Assembly (NCBI GenBank): GCA_963811105.1 | Contig: CAWEPZ010000002.1 | Span: forward strand, 448,001-512,000 | From: Candidatus Bathyarchaeota archaeon | Lineage (GTDB): Archaea > Thermoproteota > Bathyarchaeia > Bathyarchaeales > Bathycorpusculaceae | Length of the DNA: 64,000 bases | Reading direction: 5' to 3' | Part shown: positions 1 through 11,674 of the stretch, in pieces | How the letters are laid out: each line of letters opens with the position of its first letter | How positions within the stretch are numbered: the first letter of the stretch is position 1 | Made by a program: the position numbers and the translations under genes | Notes under the pieces: generated by a model | Database searches by the model: none | What the model was told of the DNA's origin: nothing | The model's input: only the letters and a program-made list of their open reading frames with translations

Positions 1-589
1 CACAGTAATTGTCTTCTATCCTGTCGCAGTATCCTATTTCTATTGCTTTGGGACTTAGCACTCCGTATTCTGTGCAGCCTAGCATCCACATTAATATAAG
101 CTAGTTCAACTCGCCCATTGGAGGCAAAATATTCCTTCTCGCCAATCTCAACCACTAGTTTGCTCATACTACATAGAAAATCAGTGAAATCATCACTCTT
201 CTTCAACCCATGGTCTGTAACCCTCTTCTCCAACTCCCACGCAACATGTTCCTGCAAAGAGTTGCCAGAAGCAGGTTCTACGGTGAATTTGTCGCTTGAA
301 AATAAGGTTCACAGCTTGTAAGTAGTTTTGCTTTTGACTAACCGCTCCTGTTTTGGATCAACCATACCCTGAAACTAAAAACAACTTCATCATGAATTCT
401 GTCTATAATGAGAAAATGCCCGCTCTTTACGTCATCAAGACCTCTGACAAAATGGTAATAATCTGGCAAGGCTGTCTTGATTTGTTCTGGTTTGCATTTG
501 AAAACAGCAACGCACCATTTATTAGCAACTGATATTTAACATCGAAAATCGGTGTCTTCAGCTTTCTATTTAAATATATGCACCCGCGA

Positions 590-1213
590 TTATTTGAGTT
601 TCATTGGTTGCCGCAGAACTGTTTTCAGTTTTTCAGACGCTACTCTACGAGGATCACTCAGGTATATTTCATGGTGCTTGCCTGTTAACATGCCCTCGTT
701 CTTTCTTATGAATTCATGAATATTTTGAATGGTTGGGCCTTCATTCGAAAAGGGTCCAAAATACATTATCTGAGCCGCTGAGCCCTCATGAAAGCTTTCA
801 AACCGAATTTTTGATAGAGCCGGTATGACTTTCTTTTTCTTCAGTTCTTCAATTGCTTTGGCAACAGATTCTTTAGTCACGTGTTCGGGCTGCATTATCA
901 TTGCGGTCCACTTCCACTTGCTTTTGTCTTCGGCGAATTTTGACATGTCATCAGCCCACCATAACCCTCCAAGAGGCATAACTGAGTAATCCACTTTATC
1001 GGTCTTCTTAATCATAAATTTGAGCGTGTAAGAGAGGCTAAATAGTGCTTCTATTGCTTCCTTGTATTCTTGAGATGTGTTAGGGTCGCCTGAACCGTCT
1101 ATCATTAAAAAATTCATTTGTGGAACTTCAACGATAGCAACCTCTTTTGCAGAAGGATTGTATAGACTTTTGAATTCTTTTTTCAAATCTATTTTTTCCA
1201 AAAGATTCACCAC
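590..1213 (-). CDS. GyrI-like small-molecule-binding domain protein
   Basis: Motifs FLMIDGSGDPN, YSVMPLxGLWW, WKWTAMIMQP and HHEIYLSDPRR typical of GyrI-like proteins. Confidence 0.85.
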   Translation of the reverse strand: MVNLLEKIDLKKEFKSLYNPSAKEVAIVEVPQMNFLMIDGSGDPNTSQEYKEAIEALFSLSYTLKFMIKKTDKVDYSVMPLGGLWWADDMSKFAEDKSKWKWTAMIMQPEHVTKESVAKAIEELKKKKVIPALSKIRFESFHEGSAAQIMYFGPFSNEGPTIQNIHEFIRKNEGMLTGKHHEIYLSDPRRVASEKLKTVLRQPMKLK

Positions 1214-1732
1214 ACTGTTTGTTCTGAATACTTTGTAATGTTCAGGGATTTATTTTTAGCGCTTACTTTTTCGCCGGATTACTCATAAGCTCGCGCTGAA
1301 CCTCGCTGAGTTGGCCTCCCAATTTCCTTCTCAAAACTTTCTTTTTTTACATTTTTGCATAATTGCGAATAATTTCTCCAATAGTGTCTCTATCATAAGA
1401 AGTAAGACCGGTTATCACACGTCCATATCATCATATGTAGCATAAGTGAACGGGTAAATCCTCATTCTTATTAGGGTTTCCACATTTCCATAATTCATAA
1501 TCTGACGAACATATCGTTCAGGCTCGTTTTCTGCTCAACTAAAACTGGAGTCATCTCTTCTCAACTCCATATTAAGTTGGTAATCTAACAATATTAAGTT
1601 TGATTTCCAATAAAGTGAGTTGAGCTGAATTTAGTGCGTGTACTTTTTGTCATATGGATTGTGTTTTTAAAACACACAGCAGCTGATACGTGCCCGTTTG
1701 CCCACAAATTTTTCAATACCTTTTGAAGATAA

Positions 1733-2800
1733 TTAGCATTTGGGTATGGATGATGGTTGCTGCTGAGATATGCAGTGAATTGCCCCAAATCCACAAATCA
1801 AAGCCATGCAATCTACGCCAACAACTTTTCTTTCAGGGAATAGATTTTGAAGGATAGATAGGGCGGTTTTGTCGTTTTCCGATTTGAATGTTGGAACCAA
1901 AACTGTTTTGTTTCCTATGTAGAAGTTTGTGTAGCTTGCAGGCAGTCTTTGTTTGTTGCATTCAACTTTTCCTGGCATAGGTAATTTCACTATGTTCAGT
2001 TTTTTGCCGTCTTGATCTTTGGATTCTAAGAGTATTTCATAGTTTTTTCTTAGTACGTCTGCGTTTTCGTCTTTTCCTTCTTCGTAAGCGCAAACTACTG
2101 TGGTCGAGTTAACAAAACGGGCTAGATCGTCAACGTGACCATCTGTATCGTCTCCAGCAATGCCCCATTTTAACCAAATGATATGAGTTACGCCCAAGTA
2201 ATCTTGCAGGTACTTTTCGATTTTGGCTTTACCAAACCCAGCGTTCCTATTCTTGTTCAGTAGGCATTGCTCCGTCGTGAGCAATGTTCCTTTTCCGTTA
2301 ACATCTATTGAGCCACCTTCCAAAACAATGCCTGGCTCAAAACAACTCAAGTGCATCTGACGGTTTATCACGTGGGGTATCTCTGCATCCTTTAATAGAT
2401 CTTCGTATTTTTGTCCCCAAGAATTAAAATTCCAATGAACCATCGCCAACTCTTCATTAGCATTTCGAACAAAAATCGGGCCGTAGTCCCTGAACCATAC
2501 ATCCGCGTAATCGAATACAAAAAAACGTATCCTTTTCAAGTCAATATTACTTTTTTCAAACAGGTCTGTTATTCTTTTTTTCATAGGCTCGTCTTTGACG
2601 AAGAGATTTACGTACTCGTCTTTGTGGAGCAACTTTATAATTTGAAAGTAGGTTTCTTCGACTTTTTCAACGCCTGATATGAATGTTGTGGGGTCATGCG
2701 GCCACGCCAGCCAAATTGCCTCGTGTCTGCACCATTCCGCAGGCATGCAATATCCTATTTCCCGTGGTGTCTTGTTTGAACAGATGTTTTCAATCTTCAT
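1733..2800 (-). CDS. aguA: Agmatine deiminase (PAD_porph family)
   Basis: MPAEW, DVWFRDYGP, LEGGSIDVNGKG, DDTDGHVDDLARF and C-terminal GAIHCISQQQP with catalytic Cys. Confidence 0.95.
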   Translation of the reverse strand: MKIENICSNKTPREIGYCMPAEWCRHEAIWLAWPHDPTTFISGVEKVEETYFQIIKLLHKDEYVNLFVKDEPMKKRITDLFEKSNIDLKRIRFFVFDYADVWFRDYGPIFVRNANEELAMVHWNFNSWGQKYEDLLKDAEIPHVINRQMHLSCFEPGIVLEGGSIDVNGKGTLLTTEQCLLNKNRNAGFGKAKIEKYLQDYLGVTHIIWLKWGIAGDDTDGHVDDLARFVNSTTVVCAYEEGKDENADVLRKNYEILLESKDQDGKKLNIVKLPMPGKVECNKQRLPASYTNFYIGNKTVLVPTFKSENDKTALSILQNLFPERKVVGVDCMALICGFGAIHCISQQQPSSIPKC

Positions 2801-2809
2801 TTTGGTACC

Positions 2810-3671
2810 TCAAGGCTTGTCTTTGATTAGCGGATTGTATGTATCTGGTCTTCGATTTTTAAGGAAACCCCATCCTTCCTGGATTTGCTTGTTCTTGTCT
2901 AGATTTACCTTAACGATTAACGTTTCCTCTTTAGTGTAGCTTGCTTCTCCAAGCACTTTCCCAAAAGAATCGCAAACAAAGGAGCCGCCCCAAAACTGCA
3001 GCTCTCCCTCTTGGCCAACTCGGTTTACCGCAGCGACATGTACTCCGTTTGCTATGGCGTGGGCGCGCTGTATTGTTTTCCATGCGTCATGCCAATCTCC
3101 ATCGGTTGAGTCAGAGCATTTGACGGATCCGATTGCTGTAGGGTAGAAAATAATTTCGGCGCCTTTCAGTGTGTTGATTCTTGCCGCTTCAGGGAACCAT
3201 TGATCATAGCAAATCAGCACCCCAACCCGAGCGTAGCGGGTTTTATGTACACAATAGCCTTGGTCGCCGGCTTCAAAATAATCCTTTTCATAAAAAAGTG
3301 GATCCTCCGGGATGTGCATCTTACGGTACGAGCCAAGAATCTGTCCATCTGCATCAATTACTACAGCGGAGTTGTAGTATTTCCCGTTTGCAGCCTTTTC
3401 AAACAAAGGTGCAATTATAACTATTTTTTTCAGTTTCGCTAGCTCCTGAGAAAACCCTTGTTGACTCTCCCGGAACAGTCTCAGATAGCTCATGAACATC
3501 CTTTTTTTCTTCTTGAGGAAAATATTTGGTTCTATAAAGTTCTTGAAGGCACACAATTTGAGCGCCCTTTGAGGCTGCTCCTTTTATTTTTTCGACAGTT
3601 TTCTTCATGTTTTCTACTATGTCATCTGAAACTGCAGTTTGGATAAGCCCAACGGTTACGGTTTTTGTCAT
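2810..3671 (-). pseudogene. aguB: N-carbamoylputrescine amidase (carbon-nitrogen hydrolase), split by one frameshift near 3446 (possible sequencing error)
   Basis: N-part (3399..3671) has VCLQEL; C-part (2810..3556) has YRKMHIP, ICYDQWFPE, NRVG and RRPDTY. Removing one base near 3446 joins ..STRVFS to ELAKLKKIVIIAPLFEK. Co-oriented with aguA. Confidence 0.9.
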
Positions 3672-3777
3672 TATTTTTCCTTAACCGCAATAATGTAAGA
3701 CTTAGTGGTAATAACTTTTCTGGGATGAGACAAAGAAAAACAAGAAAACATGCCAAAATAAATGCATAACTCTACAC

Positions 3778-3978
3778 TTATGTCGGTGGTCGGTTCGCAC
3801 TTTTTCCGAATGTAGCTGTCCGCCTGACGCCCAATTGCCTTTTGGCGCTTCGTAAATGATTATACTGACTGCATCTTTGGGACCCCAAATCTTCGAAAAC
3901 TTTGGTGAATCCTTCGACTGTCTTCTTTTTGTTCTCGGCATTCATGCCTTCCCAAACTGAAACTTGAATTACAGGCAT
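3778..3978 (-). pseudogene. 4-oxalocrotonate tautomerase family protein, frameshifted
   Basis: Starts MPVIQV (catalytic Pro1); continuation PKDAVSIIIYEAPKGNWASGGQL lies in another frame after a G-run near 3885. Confidence 0.85.
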
Positions 3979-4408
3979 TTGCTTCTAATTGCTATAATCT
4001 CTTCGCTGTTGAGCCTCTCTGTAGGCAACATCTGGTTAATCGGATTAGTCCTCGGTTTGGTAGGCGGCATTCTCGCGTTAGCTAAGAAATAATTGATTTG
4101 TTTTAAAAACTGGCTAATAAAATCAATTTTTATTTAATTTGTTGAAATGTCAATTGTTGACAGAGTTTCAGCGAAGGTTTTAACTTGGTGTTTTGGGTTG
4201 CTTTCTTAAAGATTATTCTATTAGAGTCAATAAAAGTCTCTTTGGTGGAAGAGTGGTTTTTGTTGCTAACTGAGAAAGTAACATTCCAGAAGGTGCTTAA
4301 GAAAATCAATTGAAATAATCTATCTTTTCTAGTATTAGTTTGTCACTCTTTAAATATGGAAAGGTAATTTGGTAATCCAGCAGTAACAAGAATCTAGGCG
4401 TAAATTGG

Positions 4409-5431
4409 ATGGAAAGAAAAGATTACCTCCAAACTCCAGTCAAACATATAAAAATCGACGGGGCACAAACCGTTGACCAGCTGATGCAACAATTCAAGAA
4501 ATCAGGCGCATTGGGTGCTGGACGCTTAGCTACAGCCTGCGACATTTACGAGAAAATGCTTAAAGATAAAGATTGCACGGTTTTTTTGGCGCTTTCAGGC
4601 GCAGTCGTTCCGGCAGGCATGCGCACAATCATTACTGATTTGATAAGGAAAAAGCTTGTTGATGTAATTGTCAGCACAGGTGCATGTATGGTACACGATG
4701 CCATTGAAGCTGTAGGTGGGCACCATTACATCGGTGGCTGGACAGTAAACGACGCGGAACTTTACCGGTATCATCTTTTTCGTATATACGATATTTTTGT
4801 CCCTGAAGAAGACTATGTCCGACTAGACTTCAAGCTGTCAGAAATGTACGATGACATCGCATTAGAGCGCAAAGGAGAGAGTTTAGCTTCAAACGAGTTC
4901 AGCTGGGAAATAGGAAAACGTCTCACAGATAAAGACTCAATTTTGCGAGCAGCTTATGAAGAAAATGTTCCAATTTTCTTGCCAGCGGTTCGCGACTCAG
5001 AATTTGGCTTTATCCACTGGCTCCATTCTTCCCAGGAAAAGAAGAAGCCTGTACTTTTGGTTGATGCCTTCAAAGATGTTCCAACCATCTGCAACATCTG
5101 CGCTAAATCACCCAAAAATGGTATGATAGTTATAGGCGGGGGAGTGCCACGTAATACCATCCAATCCTCAGCGTTGGCATCCAAGAAAGGGCTAGACTAC
5201 GCTGTAGTCATCACTTTGGATCGTCCTGAAACAGGAGGCTTATCAGGTTCAACTCTAGAGGAGACAGTGAGTTGGGGAAAAATGAAGGGCGAAGCAGACC
5301 ATGTAATGGTGATTGGCGAGGCATTGATGGTTTTTCCATTCTTAGTTGCCTCCGTAACTGAAAGATTAGGACCAAGTTTTAGTCGCAGCCCATTTCTGAA
5401 ACTTGAGAAATCCACAGCTAAAGGAAGCTAA
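4409..5431 (+). CDS. dys: Deoxyhypusine synthase family protein
   Basis: FLALSGAVVPAGMR, VIVSTGA, IGGGVPRN and GGLSGSTLEETVSWGK with conserved catalytic Lys. Confidence 0.93.
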   Translation: MERKDYLQTPVKHIKIDGAQTVDQLMQQFKKSGALGAGRLATACDIYEKMLKDKDCTVFLALSGAVVPAGMRTIITDLIRKKLVDVIVSTGACMVHDAIEAVGGHHYIGGWTVNDAELYRYHLFRIYDIFVPEEDYVRLDFKLSEMYDDIALERKGESLASNEFSWEIGKRLTDKDSILRAAYEENVPIFLPAVRDSEFGFIHWLHSSQEKKKPVLLVDAFKDVPTICNICAKSPKNGMIVIGGGVPRNTIQSSALASKKGLDYAVVITLDRPETGGLSGSTLEETVSWGKMKGEADHVMVIGEALMVFPFLVASVTERLGPSFSRSPFLKLEKSTAKGS

Positions 5432-5435
5432 AAAG

Positions 5436-5654
5436 ATGAAGGGCAAAGGCGAGGAAAAGTACTGCGGCAACTGCGACAGCCACAACTCTTTTCAATACCC
5501 CACGAAAGTTTTCTGCTCCACCAGACACGCCCAAAGCTTAAATGCCATTGTAGAAACGCTTTGGCATTGTGAAAGTTGGAATCGGGTCAGCCAGGAATGC
5601 TACTGCGTTCGAGAAGCAAAAAAGATTAATGGCGTCGAATTGGGACAGCATTAA
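5436..5654 (+). CDS. Small Cys-rich (probably metal-binding) hypothetical protein
   Basis: ATG 5 nt after dys stop; CGNC..C..C..CYC pattern. Confidence 0.65.
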   Translation: MKGKGEEKYCGNCDSHNSFQYPTKVFCSTRHAQSLNAIVETLWHCESWNRVSQECYCVREAKKINGVELGQH

Positions 5655-5690
5655 AGTTAAATAATTAAGCTACTTTAATCGCAATGTCGC

Positions 5691-5766
5691 AGCCCGGTGG
5701 TGTAGTGGTCAAGCATAGGGGCCTCTGGAGCCTCTGACGAGAGTTCGAATCTCTCCCGGGCTACCA
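5691..5766 (+). tRNA. trnQ: tRNA-Gln (anticodon CTG), CCA encoded
   Basis: Acceptor AGCCCGG/CCGGGCT-A-CCA, D-arm TGTAGTGGTCAAGCA, anticodon loop CT-CTG-GA, T-arm GAGAG-TTCGAAT-CTCTC; A1-U72 typical of archaeal tRNA-Gln. Confidence 0.96.
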
Positions 5767-6657
5767 TCTTTAGCATGTGATTTATGCTTTCTAAAATGGT
5801 GAACGTGGGACTCGCCATTTCCTTTTTTCTTTTTTTCTACAGTAGTCAGGAGGTTTTTTGATTGAATCAGAAGGAGAATGAAGTTACAGCCGTGGCTTTG
5901 CGAATTTTCCTTGTTGGTTTGTCTTTTACTTTTGATGCTAATTTTCAGCAGCTTGAAGAGATTACGAAGAGGGCTTTGGGTGCTGTCGAATCGGAGGTTC
6001 TCAATTATTGAGTGAACCTCTCTACACTGAAGAGGTTGAGACCTTTTGCAATAAGAAGCGCTGTCAAGTCTCGATTTCTCTGCGTGCACCAGAGCAGCCT
6101 AAAAGGAATATGATTTCGGGTGTTCCCTAATCTTGCACTTGTGAAGATGCTTGCGGCAAAGGTACTTTGTGCCTTTTGAAAGCTAAACAAATCTACTGGG
6201 AGAAGCGAAGATGAAGAGTGCTGTGCGTGGCAAATTGTTTGTTTTTTAAGAAGTGAAGCTAGCAAAGACTGGACTGCTGCGGATTATCCTAAAGATTGCG
6301 TCTTCTTAATTGGCGTTTTAGTCGGCTGAATGTTGAAGAGGAAATGAGACGGTGCATAAATCGCAAGCATACTCAGGAATTTGCTTTTCAATTTAAGGTC
6401 TTTCGCATAATGAACGAAACTTTCTTGGGTTCTGCCATAACTTGTTTCCCTTCATTAAATAGAACATAAATATAAAATAGTAAAATGATTTGATGAATCT
6501 TACGAAATAAGTATTTGTGGTAGTTTACCTACAACCACAAACGCTATTGAATCCGATACGGATGACTTAATTCTTGAAGATAACAAATAAGCCAAGTAAG
6601 CGTCGTGTTGCAAGTTCAAAAATCAACGAGTCAAATAAAAAATCGTTTTGATCTTGA

Positions 6658-9600
6658 TTGTGTAGGAATAAAGAAATGTCAACTCTCCACAGGGTTGATA
6701 AAGCAGGGAAAACCTTGAAAACAAGCTTTAAGAAATTATTTACTTTTGTTCTGATTCTGACGATAATTGTCCTTGTTCTTTTTTCTGAAACTGGGTTTGT
6801 TAAAGCAAAAACCTTGAACACTGAAATGGTGTTAAGTGCAGTTCCAAACCCAGCTGGAGTTCTTCAGACCATTAATATTACCATGTGGATCTGGCCAATC
6901 CCACCCACAAGCTCTGATAGGTACAATAATATTTTACTAAGAATTATCGCACCTGATGGAACAACTCAAACCACCCAAGGTTTAGTTTCAACATCTTCTG
7001 GTTTGGTTAATTCAACATATATACCAAGGACAGTGGGTACTTACAATTTTCAAGCTACCTATAATGGAGGAATATTTGCCTCAACGAACAACACCTACTC
7101 AGCCTGCCAGAGCCAAAACCGAATAGTAATCGTACAACAAACTCCAAATAACACGCGCAACTACATCGAACCAACAGCCATTGTGGACAACGTACCAGTT
7201 ACAGGAAGTTCAAACCAAACTCTAACATTTGCAGGCCATGGAACAGATATTGGTGGCTCTATCATAAATTATACTTGGACAAGCAGTATAGATGGGGTTC
7301 TAAATCATAATAGCAAGTTTACCATCAGCAATCTTTCAGTTGGCACTCACAGGATTTCATTTCAAGTAGAAGATAACGATAACTTATGGTCAACACCTGA
7401 TATCAGAACATTGATAATAAACCCACCAACTCCAAATGTTGCTCCAACGGCAACTGTAGATTCGGTTGCTCCTAATCCTGCTCCGTTTGGGCAATCCGTA
7501 AGTTTTGTGGGTCATGGGAATGATTCAGATGGCAATATTGTAAGTTATAATTGGACTTCTAGCATTGATGGCTTTCTCAGTTCGTCTAGAAGTTTTTCAA
7601 CATCAGCTCTTTCGGTTGGCACTCACAGGATTTCATTTCAAGTAGAAGATAACGATAACTTATGGTCAACACCTGATATCAGAACATTGATAATAAACCC
7701 ACCAACTCCAAATGTTGCTCCAACGGCAACTGTAGATTCGGTTGCTCCTAATCCTGCTCCGTTTGGGCAATCCGTAAGTTTTGTGGGTCATGGGAATGAT
7801 TCAGATGGCAATATTGTAAGTTATAATTGGACTTCTAGGCATTGATGGCTTTCTCAGGTTGCGTCTTAACAATAGTAAGTTTTTCAACATCAGCTCTTTC
7901 GGTTGGCACTCACAGGATTTCATTTCAAGTAGAAGATAACGATAACTTATGGTCAACACCTGATATCAGAACATTGATAATAAACCCACCAACTCCAAAT
8001 GTTGCTCCAACGGCAACTGTAGATTCGGTTGCTCCTAATCCTGCTCCGTTTGGGCAATCCGTAAGTTTTGTGGGTCATGGGAATGATTCAGATGGCAATA
8101 TTGTAAGTTATAATTGGACTTCTAGCATTGATGGCTTTCTCAGTTCGTCTAGAAGTTTTTCAACATCAGCTCTTTCGGTTGGCACTCACAGGATTTCATT
8201 TCAAGTAGAAGATAACGATAACTTATGGTCAACACCTGATATCAGAACATTGATAATAAACCCACCAACTCCAAATGTTGCTCCAACGGCAACTGTAGAT
8301 TCGGTTGCTCCTAATCCTGCTCCGTTTGGGCAATCCGTAAGTTTTGTGGGTCATGGGAATGATTCAGATGGCAATATTGTAAGTTATAATTGGACTTCTA
8401 GCATTGATGGCTTTCTCAGTTCGTCTAGAAGTTTTTCAACATCAGCTCTTTCGGTTGGCACTCACACCATTTATTTTCAAGTTGAAGCTCGCGAAAGCAA
8501 CAGCAACTTAGTTTGGTCAGAAGCGACCACACAAACTCTCACAATCAATGGAAACAGGACGCCGCTTTTCCTCGTTCTCGTTGCGATTTTAATAATTGCA
8601 TTAATCGGAATTGCCTATTACCTAACTTACTTGGTTCGACCTTCGCTAAAAAAAATTGAGAAGGATTCCCTAAAGAGGCATACGCAAGAGGCAAAGAAAG
8701 AAGCAGAAGAAGAAAAGGAAAAAGAAAGAGACAAAAAAGAGAAAAAAGCTTTTTTAAAGTTAGAGATTAAAGTTCCGCCGAGGGTTTGGGAGTCAGAGTC
8801 TGCAATGGCTGAAGGCAAAGTCCTAAATGAAGGTGTAGCTGCAGCTGAAGACGTGCAAATTTCTGCAGCTGCAACACCAGGGTTAATTTTAGACAAAAGC
8901 GGAATGAAATTTTCTGAACTCCAACCCCTTGAAGAGAAATCTGTAGTCTTTCCTTTTGTTGCGAGCAATCAAATAAAGCGCGGAAACTATAAACTAAGAT
9001 TTGAGATTAAAAGCAAACAGACCTCAAGTCGAGTTAAGGATCGTTCTTTGCGCGCAATAAAGATAGGCTTGCTGTCCGATAGTGGTGGTCAAAAAAACGC
9101 GGATTTACTGAAGGGATGGTTTAAGGAACACTCATTCACATGGGACGAATTGACTGGTGCCGATAACTTTTTGAAGCTCTTAGAATTTGACCTTATTGTC
9201 GTAGCCTACGAATCAGATTTGCCGCCAAAATGGGTAAAGAACATCTCTAACTTCGTCGACCAAAGTCAATCCTTGCTTGTGATAGACAAAATAAAAACCA
9301 CCAGCATGGAACTAATTTCCCAAACATTAGGCTATAGTAGTATGACCTTTGAAGATTTTGACTCCGTTGAGAGATCACTTGTAATCTCAGACAATCAGCA
9401 CGAAGCAACTAGAACATTGCGAGTAGGCGATAAAATACCATTCAACGGACGCTGCAGCAGCATATGCACTTCAAGTGTTGATAAAGGACAGATTCTTGCA
9501 AACCAAATAATAAACAAGAAAACAGAGGAAGGGCCATCAAAGACTTTTCCAGCGATCGTGGCCAATAATTATGGCGAAGGAAGAGTTATTTACCTGAATT

Positions 9601-9695
9601 TTTGCCTTGAACAATCCGTGCTTGAGCACAACGAAATTCTACTGAGCTTTTTCAACTGGTTGATTTCTCCAAAACACATCAGGGAAACTGAATGA
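6658..9695 (+). CDS. Membrane-anchored surface protein with tandem PKD/Ig-like domains, TM helix and cytoplasmic Ig-like plus alpha/beta (GATase/ThuA-like) domains; frameshifted at ~7838-7878
   Basis: Hydrophobic signal LFTFVLILTIIVLVLF; repeated FVGHGNDSDGNIVSYNWTSSIDG..LSVGTHRISFQVEDND (PKD-like); TM PLFLVLVAILIIALIGIAYYL. The two ORFs 6658..7845 and 7842..9695 are broken by 11 extra bases in one repeat copy. True start is probably downstream of 6658. Confidence 0.8.
7333..8466 (+). repeat. Four near-perfect 276-bp (92-aa) tandem repeats encoding PKD-like domains
   Basis: GTTGGCACTCACA recurs at spacings 276, 287, 276, 276; nucleotide-identical except for the corrupted copy. Confidence 0.95.
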
Positions 9696-10299
9696 AAGCG
9701 AACGTGAGCCAAATCGGTCGTTACAAAGACTGTTTCGTTTCTTAAATAATCTTTAGGTAAACTTGGCATTGGGACAGAACTGTTTTGAGTTAATTCGGAT
9801 CACATAGAGGTTGTGAAGGAAACGTTTGAGAAGAGCGCCATCTCTTGTCGGTCTGCCCTTCTCTCCCGTACTGTTCTGCCAAATCTTCCCTTGTAAGAAG
9901 AAAAGCCGCTTTCACACAGATTCCTATGGAAATATTCTGCGAGAAAATCAATCAGCGAAGCCGCCATCCGAATCAAAATAGGCGCCAATCACCAATACTA
10001 GCGATGTTTTTCTTAAGAACCAAAAACAAAGACACCGCCCGATCAAACATCTTTAACTTTTCTTGCGCTAAAGTACTTCTCAAACTTATTGAATTAAGAT
10101 AACAAAGAAAATGACAAAATTTTCCACCACACACGGCACTTCTGACCTAATTCTACAATTTGTTGCCTTAAATATGACCATAAAATTAATTACAGTAATT
10201 TAATACAATTTACTAGGTAGGTTTAGCTAATCGAGAAAGATAGGAACAAGCTGGTTCGAGGATACAGTAATTCCTGCCCTCTAATCAAAAAAAGATTTT

Positions 10300-11043
10300 A
10301 TGGTAAATTACGGGAGTCAAAATAAAATGGGCGAAGAAAAAAATTTTGTTACCGCATTTCAAATTCATAAAGGCAAAGTCTTCACTTCAGATCAGAAAAA
10401 GATAGGTATAATTGTTAACTTAATTATTGATCCCGAAATGGACTTTGCAGCTAGATTGCTTATCTTTCCTGAGGAGAAGCCCTGGTGGATAGATTGGTTA
10501 AGTCAAAGGGGACAAGAAATGTCTTTGGATCTAATTAAGCAAGTTTTGCCAGAGGAAACTGATAAAATCCTCAAGGATGTGGCAGAGAAAGGACCTGACG
10601 TCGCATTGCAATTGTGGAAAGAACATCTCAAAAGGCGGAAATGCTACTTGGTTTCCTTGCTGGAAATTAGCAAAATTGATGGGCAAACAGTTCATTTAAA
10701 GTCAAGTTTAAACCAAATTGAGACAGGCTACGGCGACATAGCTACGAATGAAAATGAAATTGCCTTTTTCGACGAAGATGCTTTGTCAAGCGACGAAAAC
10801 AAAACCCTCTTGTCAATAACACTCGAGTTACCGAATTTCAAGGGAAAAAAAGTCTCTGACCAACAAGGTGGAAAAGGTAGAATCTTTAACATCCAGTTGG
10901 ACACCACGAGAGGACAGGTAACCAACATAATTGTTCAGACCGTAGGGGAAAACCCTGGAAACCACATCATCAGCTCAAAGGATTTTGATTGGTCAACCTT
11001 CGAAACTACAACAAACTTAGCGATTGCACCAATTCAAAAATAG
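10300..11043 (+). CDS. Protein with two PRC-barrel-like domains
   Basis: GKVFTSDQKKIGIIVNLIID and GKKVSDQQGGKGRIFNIQLD..GQVTNIIV match the PRC-barrel pattern. Confidence 0.65.
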   Translation: MVNYGSQNKMGEEKNFVTAFQIHKGKVFTSDQKKIGIIVNLIIDPEMDFAARLLIFPEEKPWWIDWLSQRGQEMSLDLIKQVLPEETDKILKDVAEKGPDVALQLWKEHLKRRKCYLVSLLEISKIDGQTVHLKSSLNQIETGYGDIATNENEIAFFDEDALSSDENKTLLSITLELPNFKGKKVSDQQGGKGRIFNIQLDTTRGQVTNIIVQTVGENPGNHIISSKDFDWSTFETTTNLAIAPIQK

Positions 11044-11161
11044 TTATCAAAAAAGGGAAAAACACTGCAATGAGCTGCCCATGCAGCTTGTTGAAAAATT
11101 TCTTACTTTTCAATATAGAGGTGTGCATAATTTTAAATCTAGTTAGCGCCTTTTTGTCTTT

Positions 11162-11470
11162 ATGGAAGCCTGCGAAGTTGTCAGGCTTTTCGTCAACAAA
11201 GCAATCGTTCCAATCGAGCCTAAAAGAAGAGGAAACCCTGGTCATGGAAGAGTCAAAGCACTCAGAGTTCTAGTCTACGCTAGGCTGAAGGATTAGAAAA
11301 CGACACTCGAGTAGTTGAACATTTAAAGAAGCACCCGTACGCTTGTAGAACACTCTGTTTATGCAACCAGACGGAACTACTGTTGGAAGGTGGTGGAGAC
11401 GCTACCTAAGTATTCTGGAGCAGACTTTCGTTAAAATAGTTGATATGCTTCAACTGATCGGTGTGAAGAA
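11162..11470 (+). pseudogene. Transposase N-terminal remnant (IS5/IS1182-like, DUF772-type)
   Basis: Across frames reads MEACEVVRLFVNKAIVPIEPKRRGNPGHGRVKALRVLVYARLK / LENDTRVVEHLKKHPYACRTL / PDGTTVGRWWRRY; no DDE domain follows. Confidence 0.6.
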
Positions 11471-11674
11471 TAAGACGAAGTCAGCGTTTAGAAAGCGGGT
11501 TGTTGATTTGGATGTTAACCTTGGAACAGTGAAGTTTTCGCAGCCATCACAGGCCTAACCGAAATTATTATGGGGCTATTTGTGGGGAAAAAAACTTGAT
11601 TCTTAACGGGTGGAACAGAATCATCAGCGAAAAGCAACCGCGCAAGAAGTCTGCAGCAGGACCCGAAGACCTTA

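Noticed and set aside
1-366. Minus-strand ORF with an in-frame TGA near 310 (possible recoding)
   Set aside because: Runs off the window; no recognisable family or SECIS; cannot be supported
3399-3978. Programmed frameshifting in aguB and the tautomerase
   Set aside because: No clear slippery heptamer or stimulator; similar indels occur in unrelated genes, so consensus error or decay is simpler
5709-6265. ORFs 5709..6089 and 6005..6265
   Set aside because: One overlaps the tRNA antisense; neither has recognisable motifs
7838-7878. Diversity-generating retroelement-type variable repeat
   Set aside because: Differences are scattered insertions, not A-specific substitutions, and there is no reverse transcriptase in the window
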